DNA from: Hydrolagus colliei
Lineage: Eukaryota
Direction of reading: 5' to 3'
Assembly: GCA_035084275.1 (NCBI GenBank)
Contig: CM068749.1
Span: 13,578,001-13,642,000, forward strand
Length of the DNA: 64,000 bases
Below the pieces are notes generated by a model, which was given only the letters and a program-made list of their open reading frames with translations, had not been told where the DNA came from and searched no databases. The translations under genes were made by a program, and so were the position numbers. Below are positions 12,961 to 28,000 of this stretch, one piece after another; position 1 is the first letter of the stretch, and every line of letters begins with the position of its first letter.

Positions 12961-15733
12961 TCCAAATTCTATAGTGGCAGATGGAGGATTCAATCTCCCC
13001 CTTTCCTGGCACGTTGCATTTGTCATGGGGTGTAAATCTGGTGTTGTTATTCTTGTCGTTTGTGAATTTCGTCATGTTTCTCTGTACAGGTCTCAGTTTG
13101 TTTTGTTTTAATTGTAACCTGTATCTATGAGCTGCAAGACTCGCTTTTGGAGGGAGGGGAAATGGTGCTCTTCTTCAACTCGTCCTGTTTGGAAAATATT
13201 TCTACTAATACAGGGGTATTGCTTTGAGTTACTTTAGGAAATTTCCTTCTACTGTACTTATTTGCGGAGTGTTCTTTGCCCCTACAGTTTGCTACTTTTT
13301 TTCTCTCCCTTTGCCTCATTTCTGCTTTTGTATTCTCAGAGTGTGTCTCATGTCTACGATCTGTACCCTGTCTCTGACCGCCTGTTGTGTTGGCTATTAG
13401 GAGAATTTCCACCATTGTCACTGGCTTTCAACACATTGGGAAAAGCTGTCTTTCTGTATATTTTACATGGCTACATTATAAGGTCACAATGTCCATATTA
13501 GTGCTGAGTTTAGTGAATTTTAGTTCTGATGTTTTACAAGTGTAACCCTGCCAAATGTTTATTTGCTTCTAAATTATTTTGCCTATTAATTACATAGTAA
13601 TTACACTGTACAGTACTTCTGGTGAAATACTTTGAGACATCCCTCTTTTGTGAAAGGCACTATATAATACAATACAATATAAAATTACATTTGTGTAGTG
13701 CATTTCATGCTGGGATGATGTCCCAAGGTGCCGGACAGTCAGGGATTTGGACTGTTTCAAATTTAAGGATTATTATTATTTGTGCTATCACAAGAAATCA
13801 TTTACATTGCAGTGGTATGGTATGAATAACGTTTAATGATCGGTAAATACACATTGTTAAAGTTTTACTAGCATCAAAAGTGCCGTAATTACAACATAGA
13901 AATCAAGACTCTTCTGCTTGAGGTTTATCTTGAAGGCTGAGAACTGGTAAATGCTCAGTCCTCGGTTGCACTCAATATTTCACTTCTAAATTTCCGGTCA
14001 GGAAATCTAGCCTCCTGTTGAGGCTGGCGCTGAAATCGTAAGACATTGTGCCAATGGTGAAATATAGGGAAGTTCATTACTTCTCATCTTCAAACCATTT
14101 ATAATATTACTTTTATTATCAGAATCTGCTCTTTTATAAGATACAAATGAGGAACGTAAACTACAGGACTTGACTATACCGAGCATTATAACAAGCATGG
14201 CTAAGTGCTTTCAAAGCAGTCAGTGCAAATGGGAAAATATATTTTTTAGCACACAATGGAGGCTGCTCTAAAGATACAGGATGTCTCTCGCAAACATTAA
14301 CATTTACTTTAGGAGTGAGTACATGTGCCATCAAAGCAATTGTTCCTTCAGTCATCTGTTTATAAAACACACAGTTCACTTAGCAATTAAATACAGAATA
14401 TCTGAGCAGTTGTATAGCATCTTGTATTCACAGAAACCAGAAAAGAGGTGAAATTTGTGCAAAAATAGTCATCTCATGGATATTTTAGGTATAGTACTCT
14501 CGTGCTCCAGAAAGCTATCAGAGTAAAAGACCCAAGACTTCCTTTTTGCTCATTGTGGTTTCTGTACTTCGCCTTTATCTTTGTGCTTAGTATTTGCATA
14601 AGTTTGGCCAATGGTGAAATGTTATTTTGTGTTATTGAAGTTTCTAAATTTATGTCTTAAATTCAGGGGTACATAATAAGCTATTTCAAAAGTAGAATCT
14701 GTGCAAAAACCTCTAAAAACAAGTGGGACAACAAACAGAATGTTCCACATGAACAGGTCGCTCAAATGTTTTAAACGAGATGAATGAATCTTTGTCTGCT
14801 ATGAAGCAATACATGCTGCATTTGTCAGCTCCAGTGCTGATGCTGCATTTACATTATTCGGGCACTTCTGTAACACAGCATTTCACTATCCACATGACAG
14901 CTACTAAGAAGAGATTATTATTTTCTGGCGTGTTCCTATTAACGAGATTTTGCTCTGTCAAACTACCAGTGCCTTTTTCACCCCAAATGGCAAAACAGGA
15001 ATGCAAAATGCCTGATGTTTGTACGAAGAGCTCTGTTTACTCCCCTGAAATGGACAAGCCATTTTAGCATCCTTTTCAATTGGCTGAAACAGTTTCCATA
15101 TGCAGATTCCACACTTAGTAAGCAGAATTTTTGCCTATCCTAATGATGACATACAATACCTGTTTGAAGGGCCCTCATGCATTTGTATCTGGCGCTGGCA
15201 ATGACACAACAAAGTGTAGAGAACTACAAAGCACATTTCATGGGCTTGACATTTGACAAATTACCGAAGTGCAAGTAAAGGCTTTTGGACAACTAGCAGG
15301 GGACCTAATCCATTGACTGCCAAATATTACTGGTATGATCTCTAAACGAGGGTGAGTGAATTCTGTGACTCAGATGCTGGTGATGTAGATGTATTTGCCG
15401 TTGGATGTAAATGCAAAGGATATAGCCTTAAAATGAACTAGCTTCAAGTGAGACTAGTGATGAGAAGGATTTTTACCCACCCACAGGTTAGTGGATGTGT
15501 GGAAGAGCCTCTCAACAAAATTAGCTGATGCTACATTGATTTAACTCTTTGAAACAATAACTGGCAAAGTATTTGTTTGGGAATAGTTCTGAAGATTGTA
15601 TGTGTAGTGGAGGGAAGCCAAACCCTCAAAGCATCTCAAAGCTTTCTTGTTTAGTGTATCAACTGTAGGCAAATGTGAGGATGGATCAATATTGTAGATA
15701 TTTTGCTTCATTTTACCATATAGATTAGAGCAT

Positions 15734-16082
15734 ATAATAATAATCCTTGCATTTAATATAGCAGTTTTTCACATCTCCTAGATGTTTCAAAGCGCTTCAC
15801 AGAGTATACTGTAAAGTGAATTGACAGTATATATATGGGCGAAATGTGGCAACCAATTGCACACAGCAGTCGTGCATTGAAACAACCAAATTTTTTTTGG
15901 AGGGATTATTATCAGGCATGTGCAATAAGGAAACTTGCCCAAGGTCCCAGCACTTTGCGACGTCCTCCCAACTTGAAAAGCGCTCTATAAATGTAATTTT
16001 GTTGTTGTTTCACTCTGCCGGGAATCAAACCTGGGTTTCTCACTTGTAAGGCAAGTGCTCTAACCACTGATCAACAGGACTC
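15734..16082 (-). mobile_element. Full tRNA-derived SINE interrupted by a + strand L2 3' tail (~15948-16008)
   Basis: Colinear with 6361-6661 except for a ~60 bp insert ending ATAAATGTAATTTT(GTT)n. Confidence 0.85.
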
Positions 16083-16667
16083 TATGCAATCATCCCTTTC
16101 CTACCCAAAGGTAGAGTTCATCGGGACCTGTAGAATGAGTAGGCTTCAAGAACTAAAGAGCTATTGTATACATTATAATGTATAGTATTCTGAATGTTGG
16201 CTTGTGAATAGGGAAAGCTTGCTGACAGAAATAGAGCTTTGTCCTTGGCAGGCATTTACTTTTCTTCAACAGTTGTTGAACATATCAGAATGATATTGTT
16301 ACCTAAGGTTCCAAGCTGCCTCCAACACCACCCACCAAACATCCATCTATGTCCTGAGTCACACTCAAAACCCACGTAGCCCAGTTGTGAGGTGGACAGA
16401 ATGTGTGAATGGCTTCAACATTCGCTTCAACACATTGAGGTGCAAGCAGTACAATTATCCATTCCTTTAAAATGCCGTTCAAATTCACAGGTCAGTTGGA
16501 TTCCAAATGGTATTGAAACTTCTCTATCAATCATACGTACAGAAAGTATTCTCACTTTTTCTCTTGAAGACTTGACTCATTTCTGAGTAGGAATCCACCC
16601 ACTTTTATGAGTAGCTTTTGTGACCATTTTAGGTGGAGTAGTTACTATTGAAAGACTATTTTGTGGT

Positions 16668-16688
16668 GGGGGGGGGGGGGGGGGGGGG
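16668..16688 (+). repeat. G21 homopolymer
   Basis: Read directly. Confidence 0.9.
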
Positions 16689-19600
16689 AAATGGGGGAGG
16701 GAATATTTGTATATTAATGAAGGGATGAATGCTGCTGCAGTTGAAGTTGATCCTGCTTCCAACAGGACGCAAAAGGGAGGCATTAGATTGCAATTTGGAG
16801 TGGGATATCTGGCTAATTTATTAGATTCTTATTACTGCATGTGGCAAAATGGTGCCATTACCCATACTTAGCTGATCTAACCTTAAAACAGAGATAGAAT
16901 GTATCTAGCAGATCGTTCATCCCCTCAGCTGTTGGAGGAGCTATCAAAAATTAACCTGGTAAAATATTTAAGTTCTTCACCACCAAGCCATTGCTTGAAG
17001 TTTCATATCATGTGGCAGGCAATTGCATTCTGATCACTAAGAATACGCTTGGCTTCAATTAAGCATTCTTCATTTGCAATACAAAAGGGCATAAATCTTT
17101 CAGGTAAGAATACTTACTCTGCAAGCAATATTAACCACTCTGCATTTTTATAAATAATGGCAGCTGGCTACCTCTCAGTGAATTTAAGACAGGAAACCAT
17201 TCCCAGCAGTGAGATGATGGATATCAAACACCAGACAATCTGGCTTGCTCTTTATGATGTCATTGGAAACCTATTAATTGGATTTCTGTCTTGTAATTTT
17301 TTGAGCAATGAATTAAGTTTGGTTCTCAGTGACTGGCATGTATGTTTGCTTTTTCGAACCATAGTGTTTGATTGACAAAGCTGCATGCTATGCAAGTGGA
17401 CTGTGAGAGCTGATTGGAACTTCAGATGATATTTAATTTATTTGCTGGTTGCAGACTGAAATATAAAGAACATGGAAGAGAGAGAGAAGAGAAGGTTCAA
17501 TTTAAGTACAGCATATTAAAACATTTCCCATTCTGTCCCCTGCTGTAAAAAAAAAGCTTTTGTTAAATAATGGACAAGGAGATACTCAGGAAAAGCATAT
17601 CAAAGAGAGAGGGAATAGTTAGGGATTCTTGTTAAAAACATTTTTTAAAAATAGAATTATATTTCAGATGTTTTATATGTCTTCAATGGCACTTTTGCAG
17701 CTGGCTACATAAGAATTAAGTGATATTGATGGGGCTTTACTTCTGATAGTAAATTCTGACTGTGTTACAGAATCTTGAGTGGGGATATTTGTCATATTTT
17801 ACTGTTGTCATCCCATGTTCGAGGTACACCACATCTAATGAATCATTTTAAAGTTTTTATTTTGTTATTTTAATCGAATTTGGAATTCATTTTAATGGAT
17901 ACTTTTACAAGCATAAATGCTTCAAATTCCCTCCTGAAATATTGTCTGTTGAACACTTCTCTCCCGAGGCTGTTAATACCACTCATTGGAAATAAGGCAT
18001 TATAATCACAAGACCATGTGGTACCCATGTGGATCTGGTGGGCTGTGGGTACAGCGTGGGATTTTAAGAGCTTCTAGGGAATCAAGTGGGTTAGGAGGGG
18101 AGTTTAGGAGGGGTGAGGCACTTTGTACAAACATTAGCACAAACTAGTTGGACTGAATTCTTTCCTTGCTGTATCACTCTCTCTCTTTCAAATGCAAAAT
18201 ATTTTTCAAAATTCTGAATTTACCAATGGAACTAAAGCCCTGTCAAAGTTGCTTGAAGTAGATATTGATATTTTTCTTTGAATCTGGTATTTGAAATTGC
18301 TCATTGACGAAAGCCAGATTGTTAGTGTCTAAATCGACCCTGAATATAAACACATTTCATTTCTTATGTAAAGTCTACTTTGAATATGAAATTTGCGCTG
18401 TTACGTAAGACATTTTTCTGTGAAAAGTTTTGCGATATTCTGATGTTCTAGGCACTATATCAAATACATGGATTAATTATTTTTATAATATCCCAATATC
18501 ATTTCCATGTATACATGGGATGCATGAAATTTTTGGTTTGGATACACTTAATCATCTTGCTTGTTTTCTGTATGTCCGCTGTGAAATATTGCAACTTTCA
18601 CCCCCAAATGAATCTGTGACTGTGACCCTGAAAGATGTGATCCCTTTGGCTTTAAAATAAAACTTAAATTTTGAGTCAACATTTATTGATCACACTGATG
18701 GGTTTGTGGTGTATGCATCCTGTTCTCTTTAATTTTCCGATCTGCTTCCTGCTCTTAGAAGTTTTCTTCATAATGAAATACATTTAATAGTAGCCGGTTT
18801 GCAGTGAATTGGGAAATGAACATTTAAATGGCTCTGCATTATTTAACATAATTTGAAGGAACAAACTCACTTCAATCACTTGGTATCATGTCTGTGTGTA
18901 TCTTTGTGTCTGCAAGGAACAAAAAATGTGATAGCTAATGACTATTTGTCTCAACATTCTGTGGATTATCAGCATTCCCACAGAGACTTAAAGCAAGTAA
19001 CTGATAAACGAACACTAAGTCAGCCCTCAATATATTACAATACAAAAGCAAAGTGACTCATCACATCACATGGCTGGAAGACCAATTTTGCTATAAAAAT
19101 AATAAATACCAAAATAAAAATAGTCCACTGGCCTAGAGTGTAACTTTGTCAGTCAAACATTATGGTTTATAAAAGCAAACATTAGATGTTCCAGTCACTG
19201 ATGAAAAATAAAAGAATAACGCTTGAAGTTATTAACCTTTTTGTGTTCCTTTGGCTTAATATGAGATAATTTAGTGGCTTGAGTGCATATGTTGTGGTTT
19301 GAATTGAGAATTAATAGAAAATATAGTTTTCTTAGATAAGCAAGCATGATCCTGGCTGCCTCCGTACAATATAACCACAACTATCCATCCCAGCTCCAAA
19401 CTTAAACTTGCTGCTTGATGAATACAGTCTGAGAGAATAGAAATAAAGACTTAACCAAGCACACCCAAATCGGTCCACATGGGAAGATGTGCACAGTTGA
19501 AACTGGTTTGTTTAATAGATTATTATTACAGCCTTACAATAGTATTGTAGCAATAAAACAAATGTATCAGGCACCATGTAATGCCTGCTCTTATTAAAAT

Positions 19601-19884
19601 TGCAACTAAGGTTGTATGAAAAACAAGAGTTCAAGTAGTTACCTTGATGCTTTTTTACGAATCTCATTGGCTCTAACCACACCCACATCCAGTCTATCTA
19701 ACAAATAATCTCCATTATCCTAAAGTAGATTATGAAGCATACAGTAGTTATTTTTGAAATATTCGGCATGTGTTCTTAATTGAATTGAAATATTGTATAC
19801 ATTGATATTGGTGATAATTCAACTTAGTGCACATACACATCACAACAACAATTAACATTAATATGGCAACTTTTACTTTGTGAG

Positions 19885-20101
19885 AATTTTGTTCAGTTCT
19901 GGAATACATTGCCTGAAAGGCTGGTGGAAGTCGATTCAACCACAACTTTCAAGAGAGAGTAGATAGATATTTAGGGAGGACAAATTTGCAGAGCTAAGGG
20001 GACAGAGAGGGGGAGTGGAATTAGTTTGGACAGCTCTTTCAAAGAGCTGGCACAGACACGTTGGGTCGAATGGCCTCCTTCTGTGCTCTATAATTATATG
20101 A
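19885..20101 (+). mobile_element. CR1 LINE 3' end, degenerate
   Basis: Encodes WNTLPERLVEVDSTTTFKRE-like ORF2 end and a 3' UTR GGGTCGAATGGCCTCCTTCTGTGCT; same family as 49093-49550. Confidence 0.85.
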
Positions 20102-21099
20102 ATGAAGTGCTTTATAAACACTGTGTGGGAGTGGTCACACTATAAGACTCGTATGATTTCCTGCTATACAGTGATGCTTCATGAAATGGTAAATGGGACA
20201 ATGCAATACCAAATAAGATTAAGGAAATAAAGCCTAAACAATACTTTCAGATGTGTTGAAGCAGCAGAACAAGAACAAGAGGTAACTGAGATGGTAAAGT
20301 GCAACGTTAGGCCAGATTCCAGGAAGTTTATCTTTGCACAGAGGGTTGTCAGTTGCTGGAATGAGTTTGCAGGAAGGTTGAAAGCTTCTTAAATAAGACC
20401 AGCATCCTGCTGACCTCTAGCCAGGATACCGGACTTTTTTTTAAGAAATAGCCTGAAGCTGCAATGAGATTGTAGAGTGTATATTGTGTATGGATGTGAT
20501 CAAATCACGAAATGAATGGGCTTCATCCTTGTAATATAGCACGTTTTGTATCTCCTTCAAGGAACCCATCTAACACATATCACACACCCTCTTTATTACC
20601 TGTTTTCACATGGTTCAGTAAAAGTTGCACTCATAAACAGAACCTAGATATCAGTCCCAAACAGTAAATGCTGGCAAATTCAATTATATTGTATCATATA
20701 ACTGATCCGAATCTTTGGAGTGAATTGTGTTCTTTGTACCATGCCGAGCTTTATTGTGACTCTGTGTCAGAGTTAAACTAATGCTTGTTACGACCTTTCA
20801 TGATTAGAAAGAAAGCACTATTAAGCTGATGATTTTATGGCTATTTGGATTATAAATTTCAGTTTCACTCAGTGTCAAGACAATGGTACCCAGCTTTATT
20901 ATTTATTATTACTTTTAGCTCAGAAGATTGTGTGTTGAAGCCCCATGTTGGTGCTTGAGCTCATCATATTATATGATTTTACTATTATATGTATTATAAA
21001 CCAGGCTCATCCTTTGTCCAACGTTTAGTTGGCACATTAACTTGAGATGTCATCTGTCTACTCAGTAGATGTTACGTATTTTGAAACAAGAATGCAACT

Positions 21100-21403
21100 A
21101 TAATAATTTGTGCATTACATGTAGTGCCTTATCACATCTTTGAGATGTCTCAAAGGTTTCTCACAGAATATGCTGTAAAGTAAATTGACTGTATATGTTG
21201 TGGGTGAAATGCGGCAGCCAATTGCACACAGCAGTGTCGCACAAACTTCGTGGATTGAGTGACATTGGACGAACTTCCAACTTGCTTCTAGGTAAACAGA
21301 AATGTTTGGAGTAAGGCAACTTGTCTATGGTTTTGCCCTGACCAGGAATCAAAGCCAGGTCTCTCGCTTGCAAGAAAAATCTAACCAATGTGCTACCAGC
21401 CTC
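21100..21403 (-). mobile_element. tRNA-derived SINE, near full length
   Basis: Colinear with 6361-6661; ORF 21161..21430 shares [12 protein letters not shown] with ORF 6335..6526. Confidence 0.85.
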
Positions 21404-21429
21404 CATAACAGGCTCCATAACAACCTCCA

Positions 21430-22056
21430 TGTGCTACCTGTCTCTGGCAATACCTCATCCCAAAAGCTGCTGAAACCCTGTTCCATGCCTTCGTCACCTC
21501 ACAGCTGGACACACCTCACAAATGCCCTCCTCGCCGGTCTCCCCTCCACCACAATCCATAAAATCCAACTCATCCAAAATTCTGCTGCCCGCAAACTCAC
21601 CCGCACCAAACTTCGCTCCCCCATTACCCCAGTCCTTGCCAGACTTCACTGGCTCCCTATCCCCGAGAGGATTGACTTCAAGGTCCTCACCCTTGTTTTC
21701 AAATCCCTCCACTCCTCTGCACCCCACTACCTCTCTGACCTCCTCTCTCCTCAAACCAGCTCCCGTTGCCTTCGCTCCACTTGGTCTGGCCTCCTCCATG
21801 TCCTCTGAATCCTCCACTCCACCCTCGGCGGCCGGGCCTTCAGCCACTATGCCCGAGGCTCTGGAATTCCCTCCCTCACTATCTTCGTCTTGCCCCCTCT
21901 TTTCTCAGTTTCAGTTCCCAGCTGAAGACCTTTCTCTTCGACCGTGCCTTTGATCACCTTTCTACCCCTGGCTCGGTCTCAGGCGCTATTGTGAAGCGCT
22001 CTGAGACACTGTTCGGCATGGAGGGTGCTATATAAATCGAAGTTGTTGTTGTTGTT
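21430..22056 (+). mobile_element. L2-clade LINE, 5'-truncated 3' end (ORF2 C-terminus with frameshifts)
   Basis: NALLAGLP...IQLIQNSAARKLT...ITPVLARLHWLPIPERIDFKVLTLVFKSLH is the L2 ORF2 C-terminal signature; ends in a stem-loop and (GTT)n. Confidence 0.93.
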
Positions 22057-25000
22057 ATAACTATCCTGCACTTCTCCACAATGGAAGAATGTAACTTGTA
22101 GCTAACACCAAGAGTTGCTCCATAGTTTTATTGTTTAATAATAATAATCCTTGCCTTTGATATTGTAAAGGTTATATTAAAGGATATATTAAGTTATATT
22201 AAAGGATAAATTGACTGTATATTTGTGGTTTCACCCACAAATATACAGTCAATTTTTCTACTCTTCTTCGTCCTGCCCCGGCCCCTCCCACCCCTGTTCT
22301 TGTCCCTACCTAACTGTACAGCGCCTTGGGACGTCCTCTCGATGTGAAAGGTGCAATATAAATGTAAGTTTTGATTGACTGATTGATTGATACTGTATAC
22401 TGTAGTGCCTTATGTCATCAAGAGCTATTACTTGAACAACTGTTAAGTTGTTTGACAAGTTGTAAGATACAATTTATAGCATATATGTAGCACTGATCAT
22501 AACCCCTTTGCAACTGTATCATTTTGAGGTCAACCCATTGAGGGATATTCAGCAGGGTCTTTATCGTGTATCCTAACTGCATATGTCCTGGGAAGCTCGT
22601 GCTCACAATTGTAAGCTGTGCAGTTTTATTTGATTAAACATCAGTAATACTTTAGGGCATACTATAGGTTGTCTATGCCTTGGCTGTTGCCATTCTGAGC
22701 CGAATACATTCCACCTTTAGACAAGCAGGGTGCATAATTCTGGGGAGAAATATTTCATTTCGGACCCAGGGACATTTCCATGCATAGGTGACATGCATAT
22801 GTTGCACTCTGTCTGTTTGGGATACTTTTAAGCATGATGACATGTTTCCAGGCCAAAAGCAATTCACTAAAGTTAAGAATTTCCCCAAATTCTGCACCAT
22901 CTTAAATTTCAAGGCAAAGCAGGCTCACAGACTAAGACAAGGTAGATTGTGAAATTGTGCAAACTGAATCATTACTGCAAATCATTGTTTCTTAGAATCA
23001 TTTCTGAATTATTTTACATTGGGACTTGTTGTCCAGTTACAGAGCTTGCATTTAACTGACTCAGTGAGTCAGTTAAAATCAGGATGTGAAAAATGCAGTG
23101 AATACAAGTTTGGTTTATTCAAGTTATTTATGAGTGTGACTTGCTGTTCACTAATTGTCACATTATTCTCGTGACTCTTGGGAATAGTGATGCAAAATGC
23201 TTGAGGAAAATGGGGGTTTGTTTTAAATTGACATATTTCACATAGCAGTAGTCTGATGACACAGAAGGTGGCCATTTAAAAAAATACATTTCATTATAAT
23301 CGGGCGTCTGGATTTCTGGACCCAAACCATGGTGTTATCACAAGGTTAGCTATATTTCATAGCATTAGATGCTGAAAATATTCATAGAAACTTCTGTGAA
23401 ATCAGGTGAGTGAAGGGGAAAAGGTGACTGCAATAGCAATTGAAGAGATAGGATCTAAGGTGAAAGGAAGACTCTGTGGTAGAGGTCCAATGAGTTGCGA
23501 CACAATGACTGAAAGCTCCCCCACTCCCCACCTTGATTCTTGGTCTTTGCTGGATCACCTAATCTCTGCCAGACCTCACATGGCATTGTGGTTAACTTCT
23601 AACTGTGTGAGGAGGAGGAGGGGAAATCAGCCAGTGTTCTTGCTCATGATCACTAACCATCCGATCTGATTTTGTTGCTGAGAAAACACTTTGATTTGTG
23701 ATGACCATTGGAAAGTGCACCTGTTGGGATCTTGCGTGAGGAGAGCATGAGGCTTAGGAGAAAAGTGGTAGCGAGGGGGAAACACAGAAACATTATTTTC
23801 AGAGTTGCAAAATTCACACACTGTAAAAATACAGTGTAGGCAATATTCAATATTGGTGTTCATTATCAACCCCTTGAGAGGAGGTGCAGCTCAATTTCTT
23901 AAATTGATAGATTCCCAGAGGTATCCATCATGGAATTCAACTGACAATAAATCTGTTTCGTTTTATTAATTAGCACATGAATGAAAATATTCATAGATAT
24001 TAAATACATCCTGTGGTACATTTCAACCTTTGGCACTAGGAAGCAAATGCAAGCTGAGTTACTTCTTCTCATTATGAGCACTAATGTCAACTGTAGAAAA
24101 TCAGTGGGGTATTTTCATACTTCATACTTAGGGTGTCATAGGGGAAGATCCCAATTAATTGCTGCATGGTAAAATCTTTTCTTGTTCTCAGCCATGAACA
24201 GAATAAATGTTTCATGAAAGTAATATTGATCATGAATTTAATAATCTTTCTATGACAGAAACTAGGATATTCTGCAGCAGAATGAATGACTCAGACTCAT
24301 GCTGAGCTGAATGTCCATAGAAGGTACTGTTTATCTTTTACAGGAAGAGGATTTGACATCAGAAGCTCATAATGTCTTGTTTAAATTATAATCCTGTTAA
24401 TCGTCAAAAGAAAGCCTGCTATCTTCAAATTTGAAACTTTACACTGACAACGAGACTTTAAGCAGCTCCAACATCAGGCAGGCTTAAACGATAATCACTC
24501 TCAGATTGATTTTGTTGACAGTAAAAACTAAAATGTCTCCAAATATTAAGGATAGAGTTAGGCTATATAATATTTCTTGCTTGTTTGTAAGGGCTTATCC
24601 TCAGGTATCTAACGTTGGATAGGAAGGTTAATACCGTATCATCAATGGCTAGATGGAAGGTTATAGTTGAACTGATCAAACATTCTAAAAATGTTTGCAT
24701 ATCCTAAGTTTGTTGCTCTAATGACAAAGTATTGCATTGGATAAACCTGTTCTTGTAAACTCAATTGGTGGCTGTATAGCACAATACAATATAAATTTGC
24801 AATTATGTAATGCCTTTCATGCCAAGAGAATATGCTGTTTATAAACCTGGATTTGCTGGAACCATTGTTTCTTAGAATTGCAAATGATTAGACAAGCTTT
24901 CCTGTTGAGAAATTGTACACTGCTTTCCACACTGCATGTGCCAACCAAGATAATCTCATTGTCAACCCTCCAACATGTTACAGACTCAGTAGATGAAATA

Positions 25001-28000
25001 AATGGTGTCTGCTCCAGCAATGTGAGGTAATTGGGACTTTTGGTCATGTTTGTGTAGGTATGCATTTCATGCTTCTGAAAATAATTTGAAATTGGGCAAC
25101 AGATACTTGTAATCCATCTTGGTTTTATTCAACATCTTTGGTTTTTGAATTCAAATCCAATTCTAAGCAAAATATGATCTCCACACTGTATTAGAATTGT
25201 AAGTGTCTTTGTTTGTCTGAATTCAATTTACCGAAAGTACTGTACATTGTGTCAACATGAAGTAGCACAGGTATAGAGGCGCTAAAGAGATAGCAATGTA
25301 AAGCACTTTGAGACACTCTCCCTACATAAGGAAAGAGATTATGGGGACACATATGGCGCGAGAGGAAGTTCTTCCGACAGGGGGTGGGGGGAAGGGATGA
25401 CAAAGTGGGATTTATCGTCTGTGTAACACAGTATTGGCATTGACTACACCCACTCTGGCCCACTCTTTAATATTCTCAGTGGCTACAAGGAGAACAGTTT
25501 TAGATTTCCTAGGCACGTTATCCTTGATTGTGAGCACATTTCCTGAAATAATTCTGCACCAATTTGTTAGATTTATATGGAACTGATTTAAAGGTAATGA
25601 GGTTCAGACTGTTCTTAGCCAGAACATTGTTTGGATATTTTCCAATCAGCTTGAATGAGATGAATTGCACCCCATATTTTTCTGCCCTTTTTGTCTCAGC
25701 CACTGAATTTGATTGTTGTTGAATTTTCAAACATTGTTGTGCCTCTCATAGACCTTCCAGTTATGTTTTATACAGATTTAACTTTTCTTCTTGGAATATC
25801 TAACCGTAATTTTAGTACATGTTCTGCTGAGTCAACTGCTGAGTTGACTGTTTGACAATACACCATCGTTTTAGAAAGTTGATATGTGGATTGAAAATGT
25901 TGGCGACTTGACAAAGAGGAAGTTATTGCTTTTGCAAGTTTCTGCAAAGTTGCCCAGATCTTGCTCAATGGTGCTCATTTCAATTAGAATGGTCAAACCT
26001 GAGGCAGACGCTGAAATCTTGAATATGTTATGAAAGTTGCAGCCCATTAACCAACTTCTAAAGGGAAGTAGTCATCAGAAAGAGATCTCCTTGAGTAGAG
26101 GGATATCAGCCTGATGGTAAACAGCTCACTCTCAATTCATTTTAGAATCAATATTTTTACAATTAAAATGAGTAATGTATTATTTTGAAAAAAAAGCACG
26201 TGATGCTCTGACCACACATGTGACTGGTAAGATGAATGGAGAAAACATTTCGGGAGAAAATCAGAGCATAGAATCATTGAACTTTGCAGCGCCGGAGCCC
26301 AGTGGGTCTGAAACAGCTTCCAGAACTGTTCAAATGGTCCATTCAATTCTAACTGCCCCGCCTTGTTTCCCTTACCCTGTCAAACCTTTTTTTTTCTTTC
26401 ATTTGCCTGTTTACTTTGCTCCTGAAACCCACAATGGACTCAGAAATCCAGTTTTAAGTGATGAATTTGGATCAATAAAAATATTCCCAGAGATGTGACT
26501 GCCTATGGGCAGGGCAAATTGTTTTCAGCACACCATCTAAATTGTATAGAAAGCCTAAGATTGTGAAGGATTCCAGTTCCCTGGTGCATTTAATGGCCTA
26601 GTTTATCATAAAGGAAGCCAAACCGTCTAAATCACCTTAAAAGCTGACAAACCCATCAACATAAAAAGCGAAAAGAAGGGAATTTTGAAAGGTGTTCATT
26701 TACTAAATCCTGTTTTAGGGTTAAACCTGACTTATCAATAAGATTTCAGCAAATCAGGGTTGTGTTTGAATTTGCTGAGAAGGTAATTTGCAACCTTACA
26801 AAAATTGCCGAATGTCAGAGTGATATTTTATGTCTCCGGGGACAAGCGCGGTAGCTGCTGGCACACCACTTACTTTTGTCGAACAGATGATTTGCAATCG
26901 GCTGCACTCTTTCCATTGATTGCTATGTTTTTGTGACCTGCCATTCTTCCCGTTTGACCTTGGTATTTGGCAAGAAAAATGGAATGACAAAAGATCACAC
27001 GCATCATAATTTATTTATTCATCTTTTTCAATCCGTCTCGAATTGCCAACAATCATTTTGAAAGCAACTTAAGAAAACGCCGGCTAACCATAGATGAAAT
27101 GTTAGATCCGGAGACAGTCAAATTATGACTCCTTGCATAGTGCTTAGTGCTTTTCGTTTATGAGTTTTTAAGGGGAGAAAAGAACAAAGGTTACTTTCTC
27201 CACTAAGTTTAAAAATTGGAGCAAGCTCCCTTCTACCTTCTAGAAGACATTTTAGCTTGTTTTTATTGCCATGGAGATCATCATTCATGAGCTGAGCTGA
27301 TGATAATGTATATTATCAGCAAATCCATTCATTTCAGTGGGAGATGGTTCTTTTAACTGGTCTGGAGCTTCTCTCCAGAGAGATACTGCTGGAGCCAGGA
27401 TAGTTTTTCACTAACTATGCACTGACTGGCTATGCAGTCGGTAAAAAAAAATCCACCTTTCAGATGATAGAGTTGCACAGATACTTAGCTCTGAGGCTTT
27501 TGGGCTGCCATTGTGACTGAGTTGGGGGGGTGGGAAGAGGGGAAAAGAGGAAAGAGGGATCGAAATTGCAGATGGAGAACATGAACGCTGTTTTTAAAAA
27601 AAAAATCAGGAGTGTGTGGGATGAGATAACTGCTAGCAGCTGGTAAAGAATGTGCTTCGCAACCAAGGGGAAGCAAGCGTCAAAGCCTTGGCATCTTACC
27701 AACGCACTGAATCTCTGCTAAAGCCATGAACCAGACACCGAATATAAATCATTAGTTCAGATGTGTGTGGGTAATTCCTGATGGCAGTGACTGAAGGTTA
27801 CTATCAGATATGTGATGACACAGGTGGGGGCTGCAGTATTTATCCAAGGACAGCATTGTCACTCTAACCCATTTTAAGCAACATGCCGCAAATCTTAAGC
27901 TGTTGACACTTTTATCTGAAACCAGAATCCAATGGACAGCTATCAGCTGTATTCTGATGTTATCCCTAAATCAACTGAGCACTTTATGCATTATGCATAT

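Noticed and set aside
16577-16871. Poly-Gly / poly-Pro ORFs
   Set aside because: Produced by the G21 homopolymer, whose length may also be unreliable
21302-22035. Longest ORFs (168 and 143 aa here; 188 and 170 aa at 52540-53106) as host genes
   Set aside because: Frameshifted L2 ORF2 fragments in C-rich sequence
24860-25040. Possible cryptic exon or conserved noncoding element in intron 2 (GAG|gtaatt)
   Set aside because: No convincing acceptor or Vav-like frame; exons 2 and 3 already join in phase; conservation cannot be judged without alignment
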